Below, in pieces: positions 1 through 12,704 of a DNA stretch of 64,000 nt. A model generated the notes under the pieces. The model had not been told where the DNA came from and ran no database searches. It was given only the letters and a program-made list of their open reading frames with translations. The position numbers were made by a program, and so were the translations under genes. Positions within the stretch are counted from its first letter, which is position 1. Every line of letters starts with the position of its first letter. Source of the DNA: Octopus vulgaris (Eukaryota); contig OX597821.1 in NCBI GenBank assembly GCA_951406725.2, forward strand, positions 51,708,001 to 51,772,000, written 5' to 3'.

Positions 1-47
1 ATAGCCGCAGTCAAATGACTGAAACAAGTGAATGAGTATATATATAT

Positions 48-254
48 TCTTTTCTTCTTTTACTTGTTTCTGTCATTTGACTGCAGCCATGCAGGGGCGC
101 CATCTTAAAGGGTTTTAGTCTAAGAAATCGATTCCAGAAAGATTTATACTTTGTAAGCCTAATACTTATTCTATTGGTCGTTTTTGTCGAACTGCCATGT
201 TACGGGGACGTAAACACACCAGCATCGGTTGTCAAGCAATTACAGGGGGACAAA

Positions 255-313
<59 letters not shown>

Positions 314-411
314 CGACGGGCTTCTTTCAGTTTCCATCTACGAAAATCCACTCACAAGGCTTTGCTCGGCCCGAGGTTATAGTAGAAGACACTTACCCAA
401 GGTGCCACGCT
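48..411 (-). mobile_element. SINE family A (tRNA-like head, internal microsatellite), 5'-truncated
   Basis: Matches copies at 39608, 46071 and 47905; tail of an opposite-strand copy at 1-36. Confidence 0.85.
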
Positions 412-427
412 GTTGAACTCTCTCTCC

Positions 428-530
<103 letters not shown>

Positions 531-2893
531 CTGGCTTCGAGTGCAGTTTCCGTCCAGAGGACCTACATTCACAAAACTTTGGTTAACTTGATTACGGTAG
601 ACGGCACTTGGTCAGATTGCTGTGAGCTGAGTTCGAATCTAGAACCCCATTACTGCCAAAGATATTTCTTCAGCACGCAGCTGTGTCTGCGCCCAGATAT
701 GGACGAATGATTTTGTGATTTTGCTTCTAGGTTTTGCGACGATATTTTTTCTCTTATATGAGTATTGATAGCCACAAGAGGTCTGGAAGTAAAACATTGC
801 AATAAGAAAATAAAATGCATCATTAAAGATATTTTATTAATTAAGAGAGGAAGTGATAGAGAGAAAGAGAGGGAAAGAGAGAATTACAAAACATTAAGGA
901 AGTGAATATAATTAAAGTATTCTGCATTTTTCTTTAATATCCATTCAGATTATGATAATTAAACACAAAGATTTATTCCTATACTCTTAATTTTTAATTA
1001 CCGTAAAATTTCGCTCCACCTGCTATGATGACATAATTTAAATAGGCACTTTAAATAAATTAGCATCTAAAGAACATTTCTGGTTGCCTCGTTGCTAACA
1101 CGCAAAATGGTGATCATGCAAGAAAAATTTATCCACCGTTTTGTATTATCACAGCCAATCACTAACAAATGTGTATCATATGATGCTTGCTTTCGCTTAT
1201 TGTTATACGTACCTCTCGAAATTCCTATCCTTCAGCCAGCGGAGAGGGTGCTGCGTCAGTACTTCGTTGTTTCCTATTTTTAGTCGTGAAAACTGGAAGC
1301 AACTTGAAACGAAGTGCCTTGCTCAAGCATACAAGTCATCGAGTAATCCACGAATCGAACTCTCAGACTTACAATTATAGGCCCATCCCACTAACTAATA
1401 ATCCACGTGCATTCATCACATACACAAATGCATGCGTACGAAAACAGACTCACTAATAGCACATATGTGCTATAATTAATCCTAGCGACTTTGTATTTTT
1501 CAAGATGCTCAACAAGTTTTCACACACATACACACGCGTGCACACACATATATATATACAAGTTGACTTACCTCCATGCAAATCAGCCTTCGTAGGCCCG
1601 CAGAAGGAACCAAGATTGTCAAGCATTTGGTGACCAAGTAACAGGATATGAAACAAATTCAAAACGGCTTCAAATTCCTCGGCCTCTATTGGTCAACGTA
1701 GATCACGTGGCGTTGTTGATCTAGAAGTGACATCAGTTCTTGTTTTTTGTGTTCTTCGGTTCACGTAGTTCAACAGATGTTGATAGGTCTGTCACCGCTA
1801 TGTCTGGAAACTGTGGCATGGTTTATTTAGTGACATCAGTTCATTATATTTGCTACTACACATGGCAGAGTGAGGTGTTGTCACGGATTAGGGGGAATAA
1901 CCAGATTTGGAGGTGCTAGATTCAAATTTGCTGATACTACGTAGGCTCATCAGTGTGGATCGGATTGAAGTCTATACGGGCGGCAAAGGTTAAGTTCCAT
2001 GCCCTTGGGTATGGTGCCAGCAAGATGAAGGTTTATATTTGGAGTGTCGGCTTCCACTGGCTTAAATTTCAATAATACAGCCTAACTCTGGTGAAAGTAG
2101 TTCATTTTTCTTGTTGATGGATGCTGCACGTCAGGTAAGTATGTGTAGTGCCTCGTGGAGGCAGAGTTGGCAGCTGGGAGTTCATTGTAGGTACGGAGAG
2201 GCTCTGTCAATGATACTCCATTTGATATTAGGGTGTCGTTCCGGGGATAAAAAATATCTCCAGATAAAACATGACAGAGGAGTGGAGGTTTCACTTTCCC
2301 TGCACCTCAAGGAGTGTATATGTTGTGTATACCTTAACTTGAAGACGTTGGATGGTATGTCGTTGTAGTGTCTTGTAATGCTATCGGTTGGTGTTAAGGT
2401 GGCTCATTTACCACAGTCCTTGAGAGATAGGTCCCTACTAGTAGGCAGTTGGTAGGATTTCGAAACTTTCAGGTCGGAGGGTGTATTGGAGGTTGTGTAG
2501 GTAAAGACTTAAGTTGTAGCGTGCGATGTTAGAAGTAACGTTGTCTAAGCAGGAGTAACTAACCTTGTCTTTGTGAGGGCTGAAAAGTTTATTATATTTA
2601 TGGGTACTAGCGAAGAGTTTATTTAATTAGTGACAAGAAGCGCCTAACTAAGGTGGTTGAAAATTCTAGATTAAACGTAGGATTGAACCAGGTTATATTT
2701 CTTATTCTGATTCTCTTCGGATTCGGATGTAGGGGGGATGTCCTCCACATCTATTGACTCCTCAGTGAATCTGTTCCTAGACACTGATTTCAAACTTTGG
2801 CACAAAGCCAGCAATGTCGGAGAATGGGGAAGTCAATTACATCGATCCCAGTGCTCAATTGATACTTATCTTATCGACCCGAGACAAATATAT

Positions 2894-2933
<40 letters not shown>

Positions 2934-3419
2934 TTGTAGGTAGGTAGGTAGGTAGGTAGGTAGGTAGGTAGGTAGATGTTTGTTTATCTACGTAGTGGTT
3001 TTTATGTATGTATTGGTAACATTGTGGTATGGTGACTGTTTACTTTTTTTAAACACTTTTTATAGTCTCGATATGGTCTGACTGTCACTGTTTAAATAAG
3101 CAATAACTGGCAAAAGTCCGAAATCACAATCAAATTTTCTACAAAACTAGATTTTTATAGTAAATATTAAACTCTACATTGAGTCTTTATTTAATCATAC
3201 CTTTTAATTTAGAGCGCGCGCATGTGTATATGTGTGTAAAACGATAAATGATGTCAGAAGTAATTCCGTGGGTTAACGAAATTAATGCCGAAGTTGTATT
3301 ATTCAAATATGTGATGTTATCATTTGCCGAGACAACATTTCAGCAATCTAATAAAAAAAACACAGTACAGTCAATTCGTTATTTTACCAATCCTTCCGTT
3401 TACAAATAATAATAATAAC

Positions 3420-3470
<51 letters not shown>

Positions 3471-3472
<2 letters not shown>

Positions 3473-4690
3473 GGAGGTCGAGGCCTGATCCAATTTGAAC
3501 TAGCTTACAAAACAACCACAATTGGACTGGCCAAATATCTCGAAATATCGAATGACTGGATGCTAAAGCTCGTGGAAAATCACGAGAGACGAAAGAAGCT
3601 TCATTCTATCATCAAGGAAAGCAAAAAATTTGCTATTGATCTCGTGCAGGATACCCAAACTGAACAACCCGAGGGAAGTACGGCAACTATTGTTGCAAAG
3701 AAGGTGAAAATGATGGCAATGAAAAAAGCGCACGAGCAATTGGCTGATAGGTGGGAGGAGAAACCTCTGCACGGCAAATATGTGACCCGCAGCAAACAAG
3801 CTGATGTTGACCAGAAGCAAACCCATCAGTGGCTGCGGAGCTCGGGGCTAAAAGCAGAGAGCGAAGGTTTCATCCTGGCTGCTCAAGACCAAAGCCTATT
3901 AACCCGGAACTACCAGGCCAATGTGATGAAAAATGGAGCAGACCCAAAATGCCGATTCTGCAACGACATGATTGAAACAGTGGACCACCTAATCTCTGGA
4001 TGTAAAGTCTTAGCACCAGTGGAGTATAAATTAAGACATGACAGAGTTGGCCAATATCTCCACTGGCTAATAAGTCGGCATTACAATATCAAAACTGCCG
4101 ACAAGTGGTATAATCACCACCCTGAGGCTGTAACTGAAGGAGAAAATGTAACCATTCTGTGGGACTTTCCAGTACATACAGACCGAACCATCAAGGCCAA
4201 TAAACCAGATATTGTTGTGAAAGACCAAAACAATAAAGTTTGCTTATTGATCGACATGAGCATCCCCTGTGATCATAATATCTCAGCGAAAGAGTTTGAC
4301 AAGCTCAGAAAATATAAAGACCTACTCATTGAAATTGAGAAAATGTGGCATCTCAAGGCGGTTACAATACCAGTGATCGTAGGAGCACTAGGAATGATCA
4401 AGAAGGGAACCGAAAATTATATGAGAATGATCCCTGGCTTACCATCCCTGCAAGAAGTGCAAAAGATTGTCTTAACTGGTACATCACACGTATTGAGAAG
4501 AGCATTGTCGATGTGAGAACTGTTGCTGCTCATGTATTTTAATTTAACTTACAAAAAAAAAAAATGAACGAACTACTGAGTTTGGTTTAATGGCCTACCA
4601 ATGTATACTATGAGTTTCTTTGCCCTAGGAGTCGGGAAGACACTCGGCAAGAAATGGAAGCAAATTTGAAAGAAGAAAAAAAAAAAAATA
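3471..4690 (+). mobile_element. 5'-truncated R4/Dong-clade non-LTR retrotransposon in a (TAA)n tract
   Basis: Flanked by (TAA)n on both sides (3407-3470 and about 4690-4712). Frame open 3473-4516 with post-RT GGRGL, CCHC knuckle CRFC..ETVDHLISGC, RHD motif and RLE nuclease PDIVV..D..K..KY..L. A-rich 3' UTR follows. Confidence 0.92.
3560..4516 (+). CDS. C-terminal part of R4/Dong ORF (zinc knuckle + restriction-like endonuclease); truncated, no RT core
   Basis: 318-aa ORF in the track; motifs KPLHGKY, ESEGFILAAQDQ, CRFC-HLISGC, RHDRV, KPDIVV, KYKDL, IPVIVGALG. Confidence 0.8.
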   Translation: MLKLVENHERRKKLHSIIKESKKFAIDLVQDTQTEQPEGSTATIVAKKVKMMAMKKAHEQLADRWEEKPLHGKYVTRSKQADVDQKQTHQWLRSSGLKAESEGFILAAQDQSLLTRNYQANVMKNGADPKCRFCNDMIETVDHLISGCKVLAPVEYKLRHDRVGQYLHWLISRHYNIKTADKWYNHHPEAVTEGENVTILWDFPVHTDRTIKANKPDIVVKDQNNKVCLLIDMSIPCDHNISAKEFDKLRKYKDLLIEIEKMWHLKAVTIPVIVGALGMIKKGTENYMRMIPGLPSLQEVQKIVLTGTSHVLRRALSM

Positions 4691-5149
4691 ATAATAATAA
4701 TAATAATAATAAAGAGGTGCTTTCTCTTACACACAAACACACACAAAATTTTCAACATCCTACGATTAATGACCAATGCCTGATGGGGATGAAGCGCTCA
4801 AAAAATTAATTCTGACTACCTTCTTTATTAATATACACACATACATACATACATACATACATACATACATACATACATACATAATTTACAGTTCATACAT
4901 ACATACATAATTTACAGTTTACATACATACATACATAGCCAGCCGAAATTGCAAAGATAATCTGGAACTCGACTGAAGATGGAAAACTCCAAATGATCCG
5001 TCCTTGTTTTCCTTGTATCGTCTGTCTGGATATTTTGTTTTCCTTTCTTTGTTTCACCTGTCTGGATGTTTTGCGTTCTTGTCCCATTTTTGTATTTTTT
5101 ATATACATACATACATACATACATACATACATACATACATACATACGTA

Positions 5150-5280
5150 CAAAAAAAAAAAAAAACTACTGAGTTTGGTTTAATGGCCTACCAATATACA
5201 CTATGAGTTTCTTTGCCCTAGGAGTCGGGAAGACACTCGGCAAGAAATGGAAGAAAATTTGAAAGAAGAAAAAAAAAAGT
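5150..5280 (+). mobile_element. Second copy of only the 3' UTR of the same Dong family
   Basis: actactgagtttggtttaatggcctacc...gaaagaagaaaaa matches 4572-4680 with about 3 mismatches; followed by (TAA)n. Confidence 0.85.
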
Positions 5281-5305
5281 AATAATAATAATAATAATAA
5301 TAATA

Positions 5306-5551
5306 TGCGTAGGATGTGTGCAGTGCCTAGTAGTGCAATTTTCTGTATGTTATATGTGTTTGCAAAAACACCAGGACTTACAAACACATATAACATACAG
5401 AAAATTGCACTACTAGGCACTGCACACATCCTACGCAGAACACTTTCCATACAATAACCATCAGAGCATCACAACAAATCACAGCACATACCCAAGGCAC
5501 ACAGAGCTGCGCTCGGTAGTGAAGTGAAAGCACGCTATAAAAATAAAACTA

Positions 5552-5554
<3 letters not shown>
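5306..5554 (+). mobile_element. Short 3' end of a different R4/Dong family with an inverted-duplicated 5' end
   Basis: 5363-5457 encodes TPGLTNTYNIQKIALLGTAHILRRTLSIQ*, a typical Dong C-terminus. 5306-5362 is the exact reverse complement of 5381-5437. (TAA)n on both sides. Confidence 0.85.
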
Positions 5555-5587
<33 letters not shown>

Positions 5588-5588
<1 letters not shown>

Positions 5589-6277
5589 GACGTGCAGAAT
5601 AGACAACACTTGCGATAGCGATAAAATGCTGAATGTGTGGTGAGAGGGGTGAAACAATATGGTACATCGTTAGCGAATACCCGAAATTGGCACAACGCGA
5701 TTACAAAAGATGCCATGAAAATGTGGCAAGAATGATCCATTGGGAACTCTGTGGAAATCACGCCCTACAAAGAGCTAAGTCATGGTATGAGAAAACCCCA
5801 GAAGGAGCCAACGAAAATGGGAATTGCAAAATCCTGTGGGATGCAATGATCCAGTACGATCGCCCCACCAGACTTTGGAAACCGGACATTATTGTGGTGA
5901 AAAAAAAAGGAAAGAACATGTATGATTATCGACATAGCATGCCCCGGTGACAACAAGATCAATGTAAAAGAAGAAAAAGTAAACAGCTATGATGAATTGA
6001 AGTGGGAAATATGAAGGCTGTGGTCAATGAAGAGAGTAGACGTGATTCCAATAGTGCACTTGGAAGTATCTGCACTCAACTAACAACATGCCTGAAAAAG
6101 ATCGGTGCAAGTGTGAAGGTAGAACACCTACAAAAATCAACATTGCTTGGAACTGCAAGAATTCTTCGCAGGGTTCTTGAAGCATAGAACAGTAAACAAG
6201 TGCCACAGTCTGCTGTTGGCTGCGGACAGCTGACACTTTCCATCATACCCAACAGAATAAGCTGTGAGTTTTCATAT
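5588..6277 (+). mobile_element. Decayed 3' fragment of a third R4/Dong family (CCHC + RLE)
   Basis: MCGERGETIWYIVSEYPKLAQRDYKRCHENVARMIHW..KILWD..KPDIIVV and LQKSTLLGTARILRRVLEA*, with frameshifts; bounded by (TAA)n. Confidence 0.85.
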
Positions 6278-6284
6278 AATAATG

Positions 6285-6328
<44 letters not shown>

Positions 6329-6331
6329 TAC

Positions 6332-6376
<45 letters not shown>

Positions 6377-6396
6377 TACTATTATTAGTATTATTA

Positions 6397-6447
<51 letters not shown>
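6278..6447. repeat. (TAA)n switching to (TTA)n
   Basis: Direct reading; orientation flips near 6380. Confidence 0.95.
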
Positions 6448-6448
<1 letters not shown>

Positions 6449-6628
6449 ACGCGGTGAGCTGGCAGAATCGTCAGCATGCTGGGCAACCGCTTAGCAGCAT
6501 TTCGTCCGTTCTTATGTTCTGAATTTCCTCTCGAGGTCAATAAAATAAGTACAGTTGAGCACTAGGGTCGATTTAATCGACTAGTCCTCTCTCTCAAAAT
6601 TTCAGGTCTTGTGCCTTTAGCAGAAAAG

Positions 6629-6630
<2 letters not shown>
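6449..6630 (+). mobile_element. SINE family B (ggcgagctggcagaatcgttagc head) within (TTA)n
   Basis: Shared with copies at 11268, 20948, 24454, 33775, 41537, 58425, 60851 and 62580-63430. Confidence 0.82.
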
Positions 6631-6688
<58 letters not shown>

Positions 6689-6689
6689 G

Positions 6690-7512
6690 AGTGAGAGAGC
6701 AGTGCAAACGATCAAAGTGACACTGGAGTAAAATATACAAAGTCCATTATTCCCAGCATGACTACCCGTCTGCTAAGGGCACACCAGGCACATGCATCAC
6801 AGCCATATGTGTGCAATATGGGGGTTTAATATCAAGATTAATATTGCAGGTGGGGCCCAGATAGAATTTTCCTCAGGTCAAGTAGCCCATCCCGCTCAAA
6901 CGGTCCTTTCAAACTTTCCATGCATTCTCATTTCAAGAAGATCTTCTTTTCTCTTCTCCTCAGCTCTTTGGTTAAACTCTCCCTTTCCCATCATTTCATC
7001 TGCATTTACACCCATATCTTTCGCGGTATATTGCAGCAGGTCTTCATCACTATTTATCAAATCCCCGCAAGCGTTCTCTTTTCACTCCTTGTATAATGGT
7101 CTATACTAATTAGCCCTCCACCACCATTCTTTCTTTTCATATACAGTCTGTTTACGTTTACTTTAGGCTGTAGCGCCCCATGCAGCGTCATCAACTTTGT
7201 CGTCCTTCTATCCAGTGTTGATATTTCCTCCTTAGTCCATTTGTGGATGGACGCACTATATCTGACCACCGCAACTGCCCAGATATTCATTGCTGTAATC
7301 AAAGTTTTTGGCATTCAGGTTGGATTTCAACATCATCTTCACCCACCTTTTTTTGATACGCCTCGCTGACCTTGACTATCATTTCTCTGTGTAGAATGTC
7401 ATCCAGCTCCAAAATTCCTAAATATCTATACCAACTACCGTTGTGTTCATCCATGGTCTCTCCTAATGGTAACCGCAATCCTCTGCAGGATGCTTTCTTC
7501 CTTCTTTTCATA
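6690..7512 (-). mobile_element. R4/Dong-like fragment (late RT region + 3' UTR, nuclease region apparently deleted)
   Basis: Minus-strand YRYLGILE, LITAMNIWAVAVVRYSA..LDRRTTKLMTLHGALQPK..RLYMKRKNGGGGLISI; (TTA)n on both sides. Confidence 0.8.
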
Positions 7513-7534
7513 TTAAGTACTGAGCATTATTAAT

Positions 7535-7541
7535 ATTATTA

Positions 7542-7584
<43 letters not shown>

Positions 7585-7614
7585 TATTATTATTATTACT
7601 ATTATTATTATTAT

Positions 7615-7666
<52 letters not shown>

Positions 7667-7667
7667 T

Positions 7668-7712
<45 letters not shown>

Positions 7713-7750
7713 ATAGTAGTAGTAGCAGTAGTAGTATCATTATCATTATT
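7535..7750. repeat. Compound (TTA)n/(TAG)n microsatellite
   Basis: Direct reading. Confidence 0.95.
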
Positions 7751-8628
7751 TATGGAACCACTATAATTGCAACAATATTTCGGTATCTCTTGTTTCTGAA
7801 AATTTTTTTATATCTATCAGAAGGCTGCATTACTCATATTGTTATTGAAGTTCTATAAGTTTTTAACTGTTTTCTTACATTTTCTTTTCTCTAAACTAAT
7901 CAGACTTCTATGTTGTATTTGTCTTGCACGCATTTTGCTTTGAGATCATGAGTTTTGTAACTGGAGCAATTACATAGTGGAAAATTCATTCTAGCCGTCC
8001 AAAAACACACAGAAACAGATTCACTTCTCATTTGTTTCCTGAAATAATTGGCGCTGTATTGAAACAGATGTTATGCTATAAAATGGCAAAACTGCCCAGA
8101 TATTCCAGCGTCCAATGTCTTATAGTACTTGAAGAAAACAAAATTGAAGTAGTATGTTTTCTCGGTGATATTCTGAATTTTTTGTATATTGTTGTTGCTG
8201 TTCCCATTGAACTCGGCCAAGACAATGATTGGCCGAGTAGACTGTGAATAAATGTATTCCAGATGGAATCATACCGTGTTTCAGAGAATCTCTAGGACAA
8301 CAATATGCCATATGACGTTCCTTGCTTTAAGACAATGGGCTGTGATTTGATGCGGTATTGTCTTCTATTTCAAGCTCATCCAGTGATAACAGAGAGACTT
8401 CCTCGTTTGCCCGTTAGTCACTCTGAACTGTGGTTCCTTTGTTGACCTCGTAATGGGTCAGTTATTTGCTTTGTCATGGTATATATAGATTTATATACAT
8501 TTGCTTATGCTTCATCTTTGAATGTATTCGAATGAATGAATTGGTGTTTCTCTTCAGCTTGTCAACATCAATATGGTGAATCGTTCCAGCTAACTAATCT
8601 CATTGGGTCAATTATTTTCTTTTCACAG

Positions 8629-8706
8629 GGTTCCATTGTGGCAATAAAGAAAATCAACAAGTCCTATGTAACTGTAAGCAAACCTCTCCTCATGGAAATT
8701 AAACAT
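8629..8706 (+). CDS. Internal coding exon (78 nt, phase 0-0) of a receptor guanylyl cyclase / atrial natriuretic peptide receptor-like gene, kinase-homology domain subdomains II-III
   Basis: Pyrimidine tract and acceptor ttttcttttcacag before 8629; donor GTAAGT at 8707. Translates GSIVAIKKINKSYVTVSKPLLMEIKH, resembling the recalled NPR1 segment [26 protein letters not shown] at the same length. Exact orthologue not assignable. Confidence 0.88.
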
Positions 8707-8849
8707 GTAAGTATTTACTTTTATTTATAATTATTTCTTTAAATTTGTAATCATTTGATTATTTTTATTAGTAGTAGTATGGATGAAAGGGAAGTTAATG
8801 GACTTTACTTCCCCACTGTAATCGGGTGGGATCGATGCTGTCAACGTTT

Positions 8850-9370
8850 CTCTTCAATAAATACAACTCGACGGCTTCAGCTGCAAAAAATATGCACCAG
8901 GGATTTTATGATGAGGCGTTCTTAGGAAGAAGTACCGTCCTATTGGTTTATCTGTTTGCTGTTACATATATATCGAGAAAACATGGTGTGAATCGGGTAT
9001 CCTTCAACATGCGTGAGTTGGGCATACTTCAGTGGGGGTGGTTACGTGATCATTGAAGAGCAGGGGCAACAGTAGTAGGTGTAAAATATACATAGATGAG
9101 AGAAACACTTTTGTAAGCCAGAAGCCGAATGTGTCTGGTGTGCGTTCATAGCAATCAGACGAGTGATCTTTCTTTGGATCTGCTGTTTGGGTCTGTGAAG
9201 ATGTGACGGGAAGATGCATTGCATTAAAACAGATGAGCATGATCCTTTTCAAAAGGGACCAAAACAACTGGCAGTAGTTTTAGAGATGAGGACGCTTGAG
9301 AGCTGGCATGCTTCACTCTTCGGGCGGTGAACTTGCTGGATTTGCGATACTGGATAACAACTGTTCAGTT
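8850..9370 (-). mobile_element. Old CR1/Jockey-group LINE 3' fragment
   Basis: Minus-strand RPHL*NYCQLFWS and IQRKITRLI..CIFYTYYCCPCS resemble the CR1-group C-terminal RPHLEYC..W / IQRKA.RLI pattern. Boundaries approximate. Confidence 0.45.
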
Positions 9371-11267
9371 TGTAAGAATGGCTGATATCTGTTACATTTA
9401 GTATTTCTAATACCCAGTAATATCCTGTCACTACCAGTATATTTAATATCCGGATAGCTGCAATATCTAATAATATACGGCTCAATAATTTAGCCCTTTA
9501 ATGCCTGTGAGCTAAGAGACCAATATTTTTCTTGATTTTTTGCTTAGGTTGTTATTTGGGTGAAAGCTAACCCAAAATCAGGACTGGTTTCGTTTGCAAT
9601 CATGAAAACAGGATATTAATTTTTGTACACTTACGTTTACATGAGGAATAGAAGAAAAACAAATTTGAAACACACTTTTCTTTCTAAAAGCAAATGTAAC
9701 GTTACGTGATTGTTAAAATTAAATATATAATCGGGATGCAACCCCATGAAATTTCAAGAAACAAGTGTCTCCTCTCCATCTTTCGTTACATAGAGATAAA
9801 CGAGCACTTGAAACAAATAACTTTCGCCCAGCAGCTACAACACTCCATCTTGCATCTGTTAATGGTGGATTTTATGGGCCAGTGACCAATATTGTCGAAA
9901 CGAACTTACTCTGGAACGGCATTGCTCGTACTTTCTTGACCGGAATATCACTGCTGATATTTTTCCTTGTAGCAAACTTCTGCAAATATCAGGGCAGAAA
10001 TAAACCAAGGAGTCAGCACCTCCGAGTTGGTGGTAAATGGACAAATGTATTGACAACTGCTAATGAGATTATATGAAAAGCAATCCTGTGATACAATTTC
10101 CCGATACTCATCTTCGTTTGGTAAAGGAAGAGGAGAATATCAGCTTTATCTGTTCCACCCAAGTAGCGGTAGCAGATTTCGACACTTGCCAGATGGGTTA
10201 GTATCAGTTCCTTTCGATTCTTGCGGTCATATCAGTTGACTTCTGATACAGGATCATTACCGAGTTATAAAGAATTATCAGGACGCGACGACTGTCATAC
10301 AATCCACAAATCACAAGATTATGATCTTTCTCGACAAACTCGTTGATGGACCCAGAGCCCTCCTTTTAAATTGTTGATTTTGTAGGTATAGGGCATCTCT
10401 TGATCTATTAGTTTTGAGTATTGCCAACAACAAAGGTTCCTTGATGATTTAGCTGAATCATAACGTCAGGGCTTTCAAATAAATTATCAAAGAAAATCTT
10501 ATCTTATTCTTTTCTACATTCTATAAGGCAAAGCAGCACATTCTCAGTCTTTCCAAACTTATACAGAATCCGAACGTGCCAGTGGCCCTTTGCATCTTTT
10601 CAAAACCGTAAATGTAACCTCGTATATCAGCACGACACCATATCTTATTAACTTGTTCCACTTGATACAAGAACTGAAAGTGGTAGAGCATGTTGATGAC
10701 GAAATATCTAACAAGACTCAGAAATAACTTGTATTTCTACATTTCTACAAAGCTATATTATCATTCAAGCTCCCTATATTTTCTGAAACATCTTACCAAG
10801 CGTTCTAAAACACAAACAAACGATGTAAACATCGATGGTGTGTAATCCCTATTTTTTTTTTGGTGTACACCTAAGTGTACAAAACCTCTTATCATGATGA
10901 TTTATGCTAAGATATCAAAGAAAACAAGAAACAGACATACATTAGAAAGAATGAACATATATGAATATAGTCGAACAGAAAAAATAGCAAAAGTAAGCCT
11001 TCAGTCACATATATTTTGAGGAAAGACTTCTCAGCTGACTTTAACTCACCTTACAGATACTCCAGTTGAGGTTACCATCTTGAAAAAAACCTCACGAATA
11101 TCCCACAATGCATTTAATTGTAAGCGTTAAACGTTGATGACTACATAAAGCTAGTTAAAATTACGGCCTCTACGAGACCTGTTCAAAGTCAATAGACGTC
11201 TTAATTTTGTATACTTCCGTTTACATCAGGCTTTACAGGGTTAACATTTCGTTATCTCTAGTGCCCT

Positions 11268-11481
11268 ACGGCAGCGAGCTAGAGGAATTGCTGGCGCATC
11301 GGACAAAATGCTTAGCGGCATTTCTTCTGGTTCTTTACATTTTGGCTTCAAATTCCGCTGAAATCGGCACTGTCTCTCATCCTTTGGGAGGTCAATAGAA
11401 TAAGTACTAGCTGAGCACTGGGATCAATGTAATCGACTTTACCTCTTCTTGAAAACTGTTGGCTCTGTGCCAAAATCTGAG
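11268..11481 (+). mobile_element. SINE family B, diverged
   Basis: ggcagcgagct..ttcaaattccgc..gagcactgggatcaatgtaatcgact. Confidence 0.72.
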
Positions 11482-12212
11482 CCATTCCGTAATGACCAGT
11501 AAAAATGTCTGTCGGTTTTAGATGTACACGTAGAAACGTCCCTTAGTTGCAACTGAGCTCTAATATTTGCTGAGGTTGACCTTATAATACGTCCCGTTTG
11601 GATCAATAAAATAAGTTACTTTCAAGTACGATAAATTATCCATTCCTAGATATTTCCCTTTTTTCTCCTCTCTAATTTTGGGCTTCATGATTATGTTAAT
11701 AAATTATGTCTGTCATTGATATAGTGTGTGATGAAAACAATTTTGGCTTTAGTACACGTGTTTCAGTAACATATACTGAAATGACATAACCTATAATGAT
11801 ATATAAATTATAATGATATACGTATGTATACTATTACACATAATGACTTTGATCACGCTCATAGGTATAATAACGTCTTTAGTAGAGTTTCAAATGTTAC
11901 ATAGAGGTTATAATGTCTTTGATAGTGTTACGTCAACAATCTCACACATTCGTACTTGCACACATACACACACACACACACACATACACACACTAGTTAT
12001 TTATCTCAATACGAAATAATACTTAATTTTGCCATCATATAAATGTTTAGCAACAATTGTCTATACACTGTTAATGTTCTGTAATAATATTGCAATGATG
12101 TCTCTTAATATGTTGGAAAACTTAAGTTTCTGTTTTGATGCCAGATATAACTTGACATTATTAAATTACTGAGGCGTTAAAAGTATTTCTTGTTTTCAAT
12201 GCTAAACTCTAC

Positions 12213-12704
12213 TATCCTTTATTCTTTACTTGTGTCAGTCTTTGGACAACATCCATTCTGGGACACCGTCTTGAAGGGTTTTAGTCAAACGAATCAGCCC
12301 CACTACTTAACTTTTGAGCACGGTACTTTTAATATCGGTTTTTTTATAGCGAACCGCTGGGGTTAAATTATAGAAAATGATACGAGAATATGTTGGGATA
12401 ATCGATAAAGATTGATGGCTGAAGAAAAAGGTAAAATTCAGGCTACACATGCTTACAAACGAACACCGATTTTCCAGTGGTGGGGAGGACAAACACAAGC
12501 ACATACACATGCGTGTGTGTAAGTGTATGTATGTGTGTGCGTGTGTGAGGCTTCTTTCAATTTCCATCTACTAAATCCACTCACAAGGCTTTGGTCGGCC
12601 CGCGGCTATAGAAGACACTTGTCCCAGGTGCCGCACAGTTGGACTAACCTCGAAAGTGTTTGGTTTGGGAACTACACTTCTTACCACGTAGCCACACCAG
12701 CGCC
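12213..12704 (-). mobile_element. SINE family A, diverged
   Basis: aaatccactcacaaggctttggtcggcc..gaagacacttgtcccaggtgccgcacag shared with other copies. Confidence 0.75.

Noticed and set aside
1850-2770. Possible Penelope-like N-terminal remnant (-), and similarly about 10400-11100 (+)
   Set aside because: Only faint motif hints; cannot be supported without a profile search.
4933-5100. Short element with CTGAAGA-tggaaaactcc, a possible hammerhead
   Set aside because: No GAAA after stem II and no stem I; likely a repeat fragment, ribozyme unsupported.
8408-8488. Frame reading GSFVDLVMGQLFA resembling the upstream NPR exon
   Set aside because: Ends in a stop with no suitable phase-0 donor; similarity is weak.
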